Source: Octopus sinensis
Lineage: Eukaryota
DNA: 64,000 nucleotides
Assembly (NCBI RefSeq): GCF_006345805.1
Contig: NC_043009.1
Coordinates: 7,192,001-7,256,000, forward strand
Direction: 5' to 3'
Under the pieces are notes generated by a model. It saw only the letters and a list, made by a program, of their open reading frames with translations. It had not been told where the DNA came from and searched no databases. Positions 37,181-49,796 of this stretch are shown piece by piece; within the stretch, counting starts at the first letter, position 1; the number at the start of each line of letters is the position of its first letter. The position numbers were made by a program, and so were the translations under genes.

Positions 37181-38814
37181 TAAAAAGAAAACATATTTCT
37201 TTATTGAGTGTGAATTTACTGTATTGCGTGGCAAAATCCTAGACCAGGTTTCCATTCAGAGCGATTAGATTGCTGTATGTGCGGCACGACGTGCCTGCCC
37301 TGTTACTTTCGTACTAAGTTCTGCCCATAATTGAATATATGCTTGTTTGAAGACAACCTTGCCACCCTACAATAAATTATTTATTTGAGAGATGGTCGAC
37401 AATAGGGACATCGTTGTAGTTATGTGTTCTTAGACTAAATATACATTTGTTGACTGTCGGTACTTACAAAGAGAGGGCACTTGTTTTTGTTGTGCCATAG
37501 TAATCTGCGAGTCACTGCCAGTGTTCTGTTTCAGTCTATAAAGCTGCCTTCCATAACCGGTATTTTCTTGTTATTTGGATGTTATTTATCGGTATCGTTA
37601 TGCATTGTTTTATCCTTAATATTGTTCTCCTTTGTTATTCTTGATTTCGACCCTTTACTCCATCTAATTCCTCCGATATTTTTACATTTAAATCTTCCAT
37701 TTTGTTCTCAAATTCTTGGGCGCTTGTGGCCGAAAAGATAAATCATTATCATCATCCTCATCTTCTCCGTCATCGCCCTTAACTTACACCACCACCACCA
37801 TGACCACCGCGCCACCTCCAACATTACTACTACAACTACAACTATAGGCTTTTTTAGTCTTCTACATTTTCCTCTTCATCTGCATCGCCATCATATTTCT
37901 TCTTCCTCTTTTTCTTATGATTATTATTATTATTATTATTATTATCAGTAGCTAATAGTAGCAATAGTAGTAGGCCGAGGAAGAGAGAACAGTTGTGTGT
38001 GGAAGTGGTTAGTTAGTTATCATTTATCATTTGTTATTTAGTTTTCGTAAAGTACATATTTCTCGTACAATATCCGGCGATCAACGCTTATTGATCAAAG
38101 AATGCTGGAATTAATGGCAATTTGTCATTCGTTCATCGAAGTGGATTTAAGTATTAAGCAATTGGTAATTCATAAAAACATATAACGTTTCCTCTCCCAC
38201 CAAACAGATTGCAGCACATGTATATATGTCAGCAGCAAATAAAATATGAATTATTCGAAATTAATGCTTGTCTTAGACTATTTGAAAACCTTAAGCCTGT
38301 GAGGATAACATTATCGAGGAGAGATTCCGACTAAAAATTGATGGCGTTTTCCTAGCTGCGTATCTTATGAATGTTGCTATCGTTATTGTAGTGGTTGCTG
38401 TTCATACCGTTTGCTAATTAGATATTCTTGCGACTGATATTGATGATAGTATTTTGGTCAAGTGAATCTGTTATACTTTTAGTTGTTGTTGTTTTGGTTG
38501 ATAGATTGTATTTGTTTCTGACGCTCTAGAGCTCTGCGAGGTTACATATCAAATGCGGTACAGCGTTGTCAAAACGCATTAGCTTATTTAGTTTCGTGTT
38601 TCTCCGTTTTAAGTTCGAATCGAGGCTGTGTCGATATTTGTTCCTTATCTCATCGTTCCGTGCTCGACGGGAGTTCTAAGTATTAAATACGTCTCTAGCA
38701 AGCGAGTACGACTCACTAATTCCTCTCATGTACCTATGTATCCGCGAGGAAATATTGGCACGTCCTCGGGTCTACAAAATTTGATTTCAATATCCAGCTC
38801 ATAGATAGGCAGAT

Positions 38815-39465
<651 letters not shown>

Positions 39466-39739
39466 TTTAGTACTCACTTAGTCTAAGTAAACTGGAGCAG
39501 CGCGAAATGAATTTAATACTAATGATTACGTTGATTGTTTGAAAGTTACATAAAAACATATTTACTGTTTTCCTTCTCTTCAGGATAGTCTTCGACCGTA
39601 CCTCTCCTGCATATTCTCTGAGTTTGTTTTTCGGTGCACTGTATTAACCTCTCATACTGCTCTTATTTTTAACAACCATTACGCATACCCTTCTGATATC
39701 GTCCATCAGTATTCTTTAGTATTAGCGTAAAATTATAAG

Positions 39740-39950
39740 GCTGTGATCTGGTAGAATTATTACCAGACCGGACAAAATGCTTGGCGGCATTTCTTCTGAA
39801 TTTACATTCAAAATTCAAATCCCACCAAATTCGACTTTGTCTTTCGCCCTCCGCGGTCGATAAAAATCAATGCCAATTGAGCACTGGGGTTGATGCAAGC
39901 TCCTCCCTAGAACTTGCCGTTCTTTCTAACAAAATCTGAAACCAATATCA
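39740..39950 (+). mobile_element. Diverged SINE-A
   Basis: caaaatgcttggcggcatttc...ttcaaatcccaccaaattcgactttg... Confidence 0.65.
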
Positions 39951-40214
39951 GCACAAAAGTACCATCCACATAAAAATAAGTCACATCAGACTAAATCTGC
40001 TCAGTCATTATAAAAGAAGCACTGAAATATGACTTTACCGTGTATGAATAACATGACACAACTTAAATATCTTAAATATGCTGCAATGTTTAACTAGACC
40101 TACCAGGTCTCTGTGCGAACACAAAAAAATAAAGCTGATAAAATAGGTATCTCCCAAGAATAGGCCTTCACTTCATGGTTACAAAAGTTTTCAATATACC
40201 ATGCTCCTGAACAA

Positions 40215-41003
40215 CCTTAGCTGGCAGAAATGTTAGCACGCCGGGCGAAATGCTTAGCGGTATTTTGTGTCACGCTAAGTTCTGAGTTCAACTTCTGCCG
40301 ACGTCGACTTTGCCTTTCATCCTTTCGGGGTCGATTAAATAAGTACCAGTTATGCACAGGGGTCGATATATTCGACTTAATCCGTTTGTCTGTTCTTGTT
40401 CGTCCCCTCTGTATTTAGCCCCTTGTGGGTAGTAAAGAAATAGGTATTTCGTCCGCCGCTACGTTCTGAGTTCAAATTCCGCCGAGGTCGACTTTGCCTT
40501 TCATCGATTTGGGGTCGATAAATTAAGTACCAGTTACGCACTGGGTCGATGTAATCGACGTAATCCGTTTGTCTGTCCGTGTTTGTCCTCGCTGTGTTTA
40601 GCCCCTTGTGGGTAGTAAAGAAATAGGTATTTCGTCCGCCGCTACGTTCTGAGTTCAAATTCCGCCGAGGTCGACTTTGCCTTTCATCGATTTGGGGTCG
40701 ATAAATTAAGTACCAGTTACGCACTGGGTCGATGTAATCGACGTAATCCGTTTGTCTGTCCGTGTTTGTCCTCGCTGTGTTTAGCCCCTTGTGGGTAGTA
40801 AAGAAGTAAAGAAATAGGTATTTCGCCTGCCGTTACTTTCTGAGTTCAAATTCCGCCGAGGTCGACTTTGCCTTTCATTTATTCAGGGTCGATAAATTAA
40901 GTACCAGTTACGAACTGGGGTCGATGTAATCGACTTAATCCCTTTGTCTGTCCCTGTTTGTCCCCCCTATATTTAGCCCCTTGGGGGCAATAAAGAAATA
41001 AGA
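40215..41003 (+). repeat. SINE-A array: one head plus 4 bodies
   Basis: Internal junctions gtagtaaagaaata|ggtatttcg. Units 2 and 3 look identical (180 bp). Terminal unit ends gggcaataaagaaataagaa. Confidence 0.92.
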
Positions 41004-41634
41004 ATAGCATACACCTAAAAGAAGTCAGCGTTTTTATCATAGAAACAAGGTAACAAGTAACAACTTTAGCTCACAGATTTCGTTGCACATTTTCTGTTGC
41101 AATAACATTATTTTCCTGCTTTCTATAATATGCTTCGATAATACAACAGAAGAAATACTACAAAATCCCACCTGTCAGTTTGACTGCCAGGATCATTTCT
41201 TTCTGAATTGCACCATATTACATTTCGACGTTCCCGCGATAATTTCAGGCATCAAACTAGAGAAGTTCCAGATAGAATTCAGATGCATCGAATTAGCCAG
41301 TTGGCAGAACACATGTGTTCAGTGAAAAAATACAAAAACTGCACTAATTCCATAAACATTGTGACATTTTGACCTCCGAATGTAACAGATTCTATATTAG
41401 ACCCGTTTAGCAAACCATTCTAACCGGCACCCATCACTTCAGTATGATCTCTTATACAGAGACAAACAAAGCGGGAAATAGGCAGAATCTTTAGCACGTC
41501 AGATCAAATATTCAGCAATATTTCTTCCGGCTGATTAGGTTCTGAGTTCAAATCCCGTCGAATGTATGGCCATTCATACATTCGGGTAAATAAAATAAGG
41601 TAGCAGTCATGTCCCTGTATCAACGTACATTATT

Positions 41635-41890
41635 TTCATTATTTACGTTTGACGGACATTTGTCCTCATCTTGTTTGTTAACACACTGTTTCGGATGATA
41701 TACCCTCAGCCGTCATCAAGTGTCTTGGGGAATGAGGACCCAGGTTCGAAATTTCCCTAAGACGCCTGCTGAAGGCTGGAGGATATATCAGCCGAAACGT
41801 TGTGTTAACAACAAACAATACGAAGACAAATATCCGTCAACTGTAAATAATATAAATAATATACAAAATTCCTCATCTCTTAAATATAGA
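41635..41890. mobile_element. Penelope-like inverted repeat with two outward-facing hammerhead motifs
   Basis: Arms of about 95 bp at 41638-41730 and 41753-41850. Plus strand: gacgc-CTGCTGA-a-GGCTG..CAGCC-GAAA-CGTT-gtgtt. Minus strand: gacac-TTGATGA-c-GGCTG..CATCC-GAAA-CAGT-gtgtt. Confidence 0.8.
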
Positions 41891-43221
41891 ACTGTGGTTT
41901 CAATATAATCAACTTGCCCATTTCTATCGGAATTTCTGACCTTGAACCGCACAACAGATCCGCATCCCGTTCAGAGGCCATGTTGTGCTATCGGTTACAT
42001 ATACGCCACAGAAAGCGGGTAACCGGCTTTATGAGACCTAAGACTCGACAATAAAAGAAAAACACAAAGACAAGATATTCTGTATGGAGTAAACACTTGA
42101 TCATACTGAACTCACTACTCGAATGGCGTTTATTTAATAAACCCTAGAAGAATGGAAAATATATTCAACCTGGGTTGGATTTGAACTCACAATTACTACA
42201 CTGCATTTCCTCGGACATTCTAACCGCCCTGCCAATCTAATACCCGAATTCCCGATTAATGGTTTCTGAGAGTGACACAAAACTTCACAAATGTAGAACG
42301 AAGAAAAAGAATTTGATTTGTAGTTATTACATTGATCTTGAAAGAAAGAGAACAGAGTCGACCTCGGCGGGATTCCAACTCAGAAGGTAAAGTTTTGTAA
42401 CTGAATACCGCAAGGCATAACACCATTGCCCAACAGATTCTGCAAGTCTATTGTCTTCTCGTAGAAATAATTATAATAGCCTCTGGGGAACAAAAGGAAA
42501 AAAATATAGAATTTCGAGTTTGATGATTCTCTGTCAAAACTTGCGTTAGAGAAGACGTATGTCTTTGCAATCTATTTTTGAATTTTTTCTTGATGTTTAT
42601 TTAATTAAACATCATCATTATTATTATTATCATTATTGACATATTTTACTCTTTTCAAATTTTATTAAGTTCAAATTTGAACCGTCCTGAAATAAAATTA
42701 TATTCGCTTTCACATGACATCTGTTTCTGAAAGGTAAAGTATGTTCACTAGATTTATTTCAATATATAATTATTCATCTTTTTATTTCGTTATCCTCTTG
42801 GTGTTGGGAAAGGAGCAAACAAAATCTTGAAGAACATTGGCTGGTCAGGGAGGTGTTACGAAACACGGAGACTTTTTGACGTATTTTAATTAAATTAAAT
42901 TTTGAAATAAAAAAAGAACACACGTAAACTATTTCTTTTTTTCAAAAAAATATGATTATCAACGCAGTTATTATTTTTGAAATTAAAATTACCAAATTTT
43001 TATCGTTGTATACATACTGGACTTCGTATTACCAATAACAATATCAATAGTGCTATAATAACTATTATTACAAACGCTCTTAATATTGGCAATAATATCG
43101 TACAATAACATAAAATAATATACATCACTATGAACTTTTATATTCCCTCATTGAGTGAAATACGTCTCTTTTCCAAATTCACGGTTTTGTAATATTTTAC
43201 TTCTAATATTATTATTGGTTA

Positions 43222-44255
43222 ATCTTCTTGATCGTCCATCTATCGCTGATGAAGACGTAATCTGTGGTCTCAGCAATCAGCAGTGGAAACGCATGTGGCT
43301 CCGCAGCTCAAAGCCAGAAGCATACAGATGCCCGCAGGCGGGACACTGGTAGTCTGTGATCGGGACTGAGGATGATGAAACAATCCTGTAACGCATGTTT
43401 CTTGCGTCTGCGAGGCATTGCCATCTATCCTCCTCAAAAGCAGCAAAAGCAAGTGGAGGGGCAATGGCCCACTGGTTAGGGCAGCGGACTTGCGGTCGGA
43501 GGATCGCGGTTTCGATTCCCAGACCGGACGTTGTGTGAGTTTATTGAGCGAAAACACCTAAAGCTCCACAAGGCTCCGGCAGAGGGTGGTGGCGACCCCT
43601 ATTGTACTCTTTCGCTCCAACTTTCTCTCACTCTTTCTTCCTGTTTCTTGTCCCCGACTTCCTACGCAACCGCTGAGCCTGGATGCGCATTCACCCATCC
43701 GTCGATACTCTTGGTGTCGGAGGGGTTGACCTGCTTTCTCTTCTGCGGGTCTTACGAATAGCAAAGGACCATGTTTCGGACTTCCTCCATCTTGCGAGCT
43801 CTGGGACGAAGACCGTTCGCGCACCAGCAGCTACAGCAATGTTGGGGATTGACCTCTATGTATCCCTGTTTGAGGTTGCGGTCTCGAGTTTGTGAAGCTT
43901 GATTCCACACCAATTTAGGTTGCCCTAATATCTCAACTTGGGTCTTCCTTGTTGCCTTGTGCCTTTCTTCAGCTCACCGTACATTAGCTGCCTGGGGACG
44001 TGGTGGTCGTTCATTCTGATGACGTGGCCGGTCTACCGCAACTGATCGCTGAGCAGAAGTGCTCGACGCTCGTGGGCCCTGCTCTGTCTAGGACTGCTGA
44101 TCAGAAACTCTGTCCCGCCAGCGGATGCCCATGATTGTGCGCAGTGATCTTGTATGGAACTCTTCCAACTGGTTGATGTGCCGGTGGTATGGAGTCCATG
44201 TTTCACAACCATACAGCATCGTGGAGAGAACGATGGCTTTGTATATCTTGGTTTT
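43222..44255 (-). mobile_element. 5'-truncated RTE (BovB-like) LINE, interrupted by SINE-D
   Basis: KTKIYKAIVLSTMLYGCETWTPYHRHINQLEEFH.R.LR.I.GIRW.DRV; GHVIRM...PRQLMYGELK.G.R..GRPKLRY; AAFEEDR...QCPACGHLYASGFELRSHMRFH*. Confidence 0.9.
43453..43825 (+). mobile_element. SINE-D, tail type ii, nested in the RTE
   Basis: A/B boxes present. Flanks agcagcaaaagcaa (43439-43452) / agcagctacagcaa (43826-43839). Excision restores the RTE frame (NIA.AAFEEDR). Confidence 0.85.
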
Positions 44256-44489
44256 ATTGAACAGTCATTCTGTTGTAGTATTTTAACACTGAGACTACCG
44301 TGAGCTTGATTAGCTTTCTGGATTCCGGATTTGATAGATTTATCCGCTGAACCATCTGCAGAGACAGTAAGTACTGCATAGGTACCTGAGATTTTCGACA
44401 GTTCAGCTCAATGAAAATATATATAGGTGTGTTTATGTGTTTATCTATATGCTTATGTAAATGCATATAAGTGTGTGTATGCATGTGTG

Positions 44490-44491
44490 TG

Positions 44492-44568
<77 letters not shown>

Positions 44569-44607
44569 ATATCTATCTATCTATCTATATCTATATATAT
44601 ATATATA
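44490..44607. repeat. (TATC)n/(TA)n
   Basis: Directly visible. Confidence 0.95.
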
Positions 44608-44911
44608 GTAGAGGCGCAATGGCCCAGTGGTTAGGGCAGCGGAATCTCGGTTGTAGGATCGCGGCTTCGTCTCCCAGACCGGGCGTTGTGAGTGTTTATT
44701 GAGCGAAAACACCTAAAACTCCACGAGGCTCCGGCAGGGAGAGGTGGGGATCCCTGCCCTACTCCTTCGCAACAACTTTGTCTCACTCTTTCTTCCATTG
44801 GCCTGCTCGCTTAGCCAGCGGGGTGGCGTAATTTGAAGGCTAAAACAATGCGAAGCGCATTGCGACCAGCGATATGTAGCAACATCTGATAGCCTGGTCG
44901 GTCACGGTGAT
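44608..44911 (+). mobile_element. SINE-D, tail type iii
   Basis: gtagaggcgcaatggcccagtggttagggcagcgg head; tail ends tctgatagcctggtcggtcacggtgat. Confidence 0.88.
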
Positions 44912-45224
44912 CATGGATATATATATGTATATATACATATAACTTATTAACTAATTAAATAATTATTTAATTAGTTAATAATTATATGAATTGGTATTAT
45001 CTGTAAGTTGATGATTGTACGGAATCTATTCCTCCATTTTCTTATTTTGTATTATGATTTTGAGGTAAAACATTTTACCTTCGCCCATATAATACAATAA
45101 ATGTACTAATTGCATTGCAATTGTAAGCATTTATGTATTAGCCTTTTGGTTACTTCACTGGCAGTATATTGGATAAATGATATCCCATAGTGGGTTACAC
45201 TCATAACCCCTATCTCACTTTCTA

Positions 45225-45283
<59 letters not shown>

Positions 45284-45311
45284 ATATATATATATATATA
45301 TTATATATATA

Positions 45312-45615
45312 GTAGAGGCGCAATGGCCCAGTGGTTAGGGCAGCGGAATCTCGGTTGTAGGATCGCGGCTTCGTCTCCCAGACCGGGCGTTGTGAGTGTT
45401 TATTGAGCGAAAACACCTAAAACTCCACGAGGCTCCGGCAGGGAGAGGTGGGGATCCCTGCCCTACTCCTTCGCAACAACTTTGTCTCACTCTTTCTTCC
45501 ATTGGCCTGCTCGCTTAGCCAGCGGGGTGGCGTAATTTGAAGGCTAAAACAATGCGAAGCGCATTGCGACCAGCGATATGTAGCAACATCTGATAGCCTG
45601 GTCGGTCACGGTGAT
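45312..45615 (+). mobile_element. SINE-D, tail type iii (duplicate copy)
   Basis: Appears identical to 44608-44911. Confidence 0.88.
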
Positions 45616-45929
45616 CATGGATATATATATGTATATATACATATAACTTATTAACTAATTAAATAATTATTTAATTAGTTAATAAATTATATGAATTGGT
45701 ATTATCTGTAAGTTGATGATTGTACGGAATCTATTCCTCCATTTTCTTATTTTGTATTATGATTTTGAGGTAAAACATTTTACCTTCGCCCATATAATAC
45801 AATAAATGTACTAATTGCATTGCAATTGTAAGCATTTATGTATTAGCCTTTTGGTTACTTCACTGGCAGTATATTGGATAAATGATATCCCATAGTGGGT
45901 TACACTCATAACCCCTATCTCACTTTCTA

Positions 45930-45981
<52 letters not shown>

Positions 45982-46764
45982 TGTATATTATACACCACTC
46001 ATATACATGCATACATATATAGCCGGTCGCTAACAAACGGCAAGACATTTTGAGTTAAGAGAGCTCCCGGTGTTTGTAAATAAGTAGCTGAGTTAGTGTG
46101 TGGTTGAACTGTCGATGCATTCAACCAAGTATGTACATCTATTCACGTAAGAATCTTACATGGAAAAATTCTGGAATGCGTAGCCAATCTTCACAGTGCC
46201 ACGTCCGTTTCTTTTGCTCTTTTTCCGTGAAACCAACATTTCTAGGTTTAGCTGCAAAATTGTTAGTCCATAACCTAATGCACCTCTGATGATACGTACA
46301 AAAGAGAATCTGTTACCACAGTACAAGAACTGCAGGTTACGCATTGTTTCACCATAAACGTTTTTTGTTCCTATATTTATAACTATACGTTCACATCCGC
46401 TGGAGAGTTGAACTCTACAAAAATGCATAGCTTTTATTGCCTTATGTATGCAAGTATCTTTATAAAATCAATGAACTCGAAAACAAAGTCTGTATAGGAG
46501 TTTAATGTTCAACGAGAGAACAAAGTTGTGTTTGGTGTTTCGAGCTTTGAGCTTCTGTCGAGAATGATATTTACAAGAAAGACGAGTGAAAGCGAAATAC
46601 TGAGTGAAGAGTTATTATGTGTTGGACCGTGTTTGGTCATATAGAGAAATGGTTTTATACACACACACTTATATATGAACTCTTTTACGCTCTTACATGT
46701 TTCGGTCATTTGACTTTGGCCATGATGGATCACTGCCTTTAGTCGAAGATACCAACTCAGCGGA

Positions 46765-47360
46765 ATTTCGTCTGCCGCTACGTTCTGAGTTCAAATTACG
46801 CCGAGGTCGACTTTGCCTTTCATCCTTTCGAGGTCGATTAAATAAGTACCAGTTACGTACTGGGGTCTATATAATCGACTTAATCCGTTTGTCTATCCTT
46901 GCTTGTCCTCTCTGTGTGTTGCCCCTTGTGGGTAGTAAAGAAATAGGTATTTCGTCTGCCGTTACGTTCTGAGTTCAAATTCCGTCGGCGTTGACTTTGC
47001 CTCTCATCCTTTCGGGGTCGATTAAATAAATACCTATTTCTCTACTACCCACAATGGACTAAACTCAGAGAGGAAAAACAAGGACAGACAAACGGATTAA
47101 GTTGATTAGATCGACCCCAGTGCGTAACTGGTACTTATTTAATCGACCCCGAAAGGATGAAAGGCAAAGTCGACCTCGGCGGAATTTGAACTCAAAACGT
47201 AGCGGCAGACGAAATACTGCTAAGCATTTCGCCCGACGTGCTAACGATTCTACCAGCTCGCCGCCTTAAATAAATACCAGTTACATACTGAGGTCTATGT
47301 AATCCACTTAATCCTTTCCCCCAAATTTCAGGCCTTCTGCTTCCAGTAGAAGGAACCATT
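46765..47360 (+). mobile_element. SINE-A dimer containing an antisense SINE-A insertion
   Basis: Forward body plus junction plus second body, split at 47034/47266 and resuming to a short tail and (ATT)n. Confidence 0.88.
47035..47265 (-). mobile_element. Full-length SINE-A with a perfect 13-bp TSD
   Basis: ttaaataaatacc at 47022-47034 and 47266-47278. Confidence 0.9.
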
Positions 47361-47421
47361 ATTATTATTATTATTATTATTATTACTACTACTACTACTA
47401 TTATTATTATTATTATTTGTT

Positions 47422-47465
<44 letters not shown>

Positions 47466-47480
47466 TGTAGTAGTAGTGTG
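47358..47480. repeat. (ATT)/(ACT)/(AGT) tract
   Basis: Directly visible. Confidence 0.93.
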
Positions 47481-48029
47481 GCAGTAGCTATTTTTGTCGT
47501 TAACCTACATGTCACATTTAATATTCATTCCTTTCCTTTTTTTTTCTCAATTTTAAAGCACATTTACCTTCCTCAGTTTTCGAAACAGCAAATGCATGAT
47601 TCGAGGGATGTTTAACTACTATTTTCGAACAATTCCAATTGACTTACCAAGTGGCTTGCAACTTCCTCCATCGCTCTTGTTACTTCGATCCTGTCACAGT
47701 GAAAAAAAAAATAAGGTGGGCAAACAAGCAACTAAACACACAGTGCTCTAGTTGAGTCCATATATAATATTAGTATTGTCTAGTTACTATACAGACTGAG
47801 CCACTGAGCTGGAATCATTAAGCCTGCAGCTTCTGATTTCAGTAGAATGTCTCGGAGCCAGATGTAGCGCTATTATTTGCCGTAATCCGATTTATACAGT
47901 CATTTTGGCAATTTTCCCTGGAGGCTGTTTCATTCTCATATTGTATTCATTTTATTGCATGGTCGTATCTTATATCTGTCTTTAATTCAGTTACTTTTAC
48001 TGCTGTTATGGCTGTACTTTAGGAAATCT

Positions 48030-48054
48030 GCATATATATATATACATATTATAC

Positions 48055-48085
<31 letters not shown>

Positions 48086-48105
48086 CATTTATACATATAT
48101 GCATA

Positions 48106-48163
<58 letters not shown>

Positions 48164-48174
48164 TGCATATATGC

Positions 48175-48216
<42 letters not shown>

Positions 48217-48322
48217 TTATACATATATGCATATATATGCATATATATATATAGATATATATGTATTTATACATATATGCATATATATGCATATATATAT
48301 ACATATATATGCATATATATAC

Positions 48323-48363
<41 letters not shown>

Positions 48364-48748
48364 CTCATATATATATGTATACATTTATGTATGTACTCAG
48401 ACACACACACATATTTTTATATGTATGTATGTATGTGTGTGTGTCTACATAAGTATATACCAACATTTCCTCACAATACACGGAAAATACAGACATATGT
48501 ATACATACACAGACACACATGTACACGTACATATATATGTGTGTGCGTGTGTGTGTGTGCATACACATATGTATACATACAATATATGTACAATATATAC
48601 ATACATACATACACATACTCACACACACACACACATGCTAACAAACGTCCTTTCCTGCCAAACACGAGAAAGAGATGTACTGCCCAACATTGTATTGACA
48701 TGGGGAGCCCGTATTCATATACGTTTGCATATATCCGTGTGTGTGTGT

Positions 48749-48825
<77 letters not shown>
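48030..48825. repeat. (TA)/(TACA)/(CA)-rich region ending in (TG)n
   Basis: Directly visible. Confidence 0.93.
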
Positions 48826-48826
<1 letters not shown>

Positions 48827-49274
48827 CCTAGTGCTAAATATGTTTGTACTTTAAAATATTCTTCTACATTCTTTTGATGCATGGCCGCTGATTTTTAGCG
48901 TTTTATATTATTATGAGTTTCATAGATGCTTTGGCATCCGCATATCACCCTGAACCGTCAACCTCGAGTCTGTTTCTATTCTTGTTATATAAACTTGATC
49001 TTTCTTTATTTGATCAATCTAATAATTAAAGGTCTTCCAATCTTCCTCATCCCATATTTTCTAGGTGTTTTTTCCTTTTCTTTTTCGTTTAATATCTTCC
49101 AATTCATATTGGTCAGTGCGGCGATCTGTATTTAACAGTTTGGTATCTTTTGTGGCGGAGAGTTTGGCTGCCGCTTTCTTTTTTATAGATCGTGCAACCG
49201 CTCAGAGGTTCACTTGTTAGTTCGTTGAATCAGTTGTCGTGGTCTCACGTTAAGGCTCTTGCTGTTGTTGCGGT

Positions 49275-49796
49275 CTTCTTCTTCTTCTTCTTCTTCTTCT
49301 TCTTCTTCTTCTTCTTCCAATCAGGACTCACGCCATTAGCTACAAAGTATAATCTCTAATTCGAGCCTACTCTAAGCTACTAAGAATGCGTGAAGTAACT
49401 TGAAGATCCACCCACCACACGCGATAGACTGGCGCTTGCACAGGTGTGAAAGCTACGTTGTTATTCTCATTCCGTAAACGGGGGTTTTTAACGGGTTGAG
49501 AGCTGAACCATCCTGGGGTACAGAGGATTGGCAGTCTAGACTAGGGTCTGAAAGTTTACCACACCATAGTGGGTTACACCTTGGTTTCTCTGCTTTGTAG
49601 CAGAAGTAGGAAGAAAGAGTGAGAAAACGTGGTGGTGAAAGAGTACAACGGGGTTCCCCACTACCCACCGCCGGAGCTTCGTGGAGCTTAGGTATTTTTG
49701 CTCAATAAACACTCACAATGATCGGTCTGGGAATCGAAACCGCGTTCTTACGACCGCGAGTCCGCTGCCCTAACCACTGGACCATTGCACTTTCAC
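49275..49796 (-). mobile_element. SINE-D, tail type iv, (GAA)n terminus, about 19-bp TSD
   Basis: Flanks ctcttgctgttgttgcggt (49256-49274) / ctcctgctgttgttgcggt (49796-49814). Tail of about 280 nt unlike the other SINE-D copies. Confidence 0.88.

Larger units (their letters stand above)
44600..45980 (+). repeat. Near-identical tandem duplication, 704-bp period
   Basis: 44607-45230 repeats at 45311-45932, separated by (TA)n. Only one single-base indel noticed. Confidence 0.93.

Noticed and set aside
46530-46565. Possible third hammerhead family remnant (minus strand ...gaagctcaaagctcgaaac)
   Set aside because: The CUGANGA core is not recoverable and stem I is absent.
48079-48877. ORFs of 250-264 aa
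   Set aside because: TA/CA/TG microsatellite translations.
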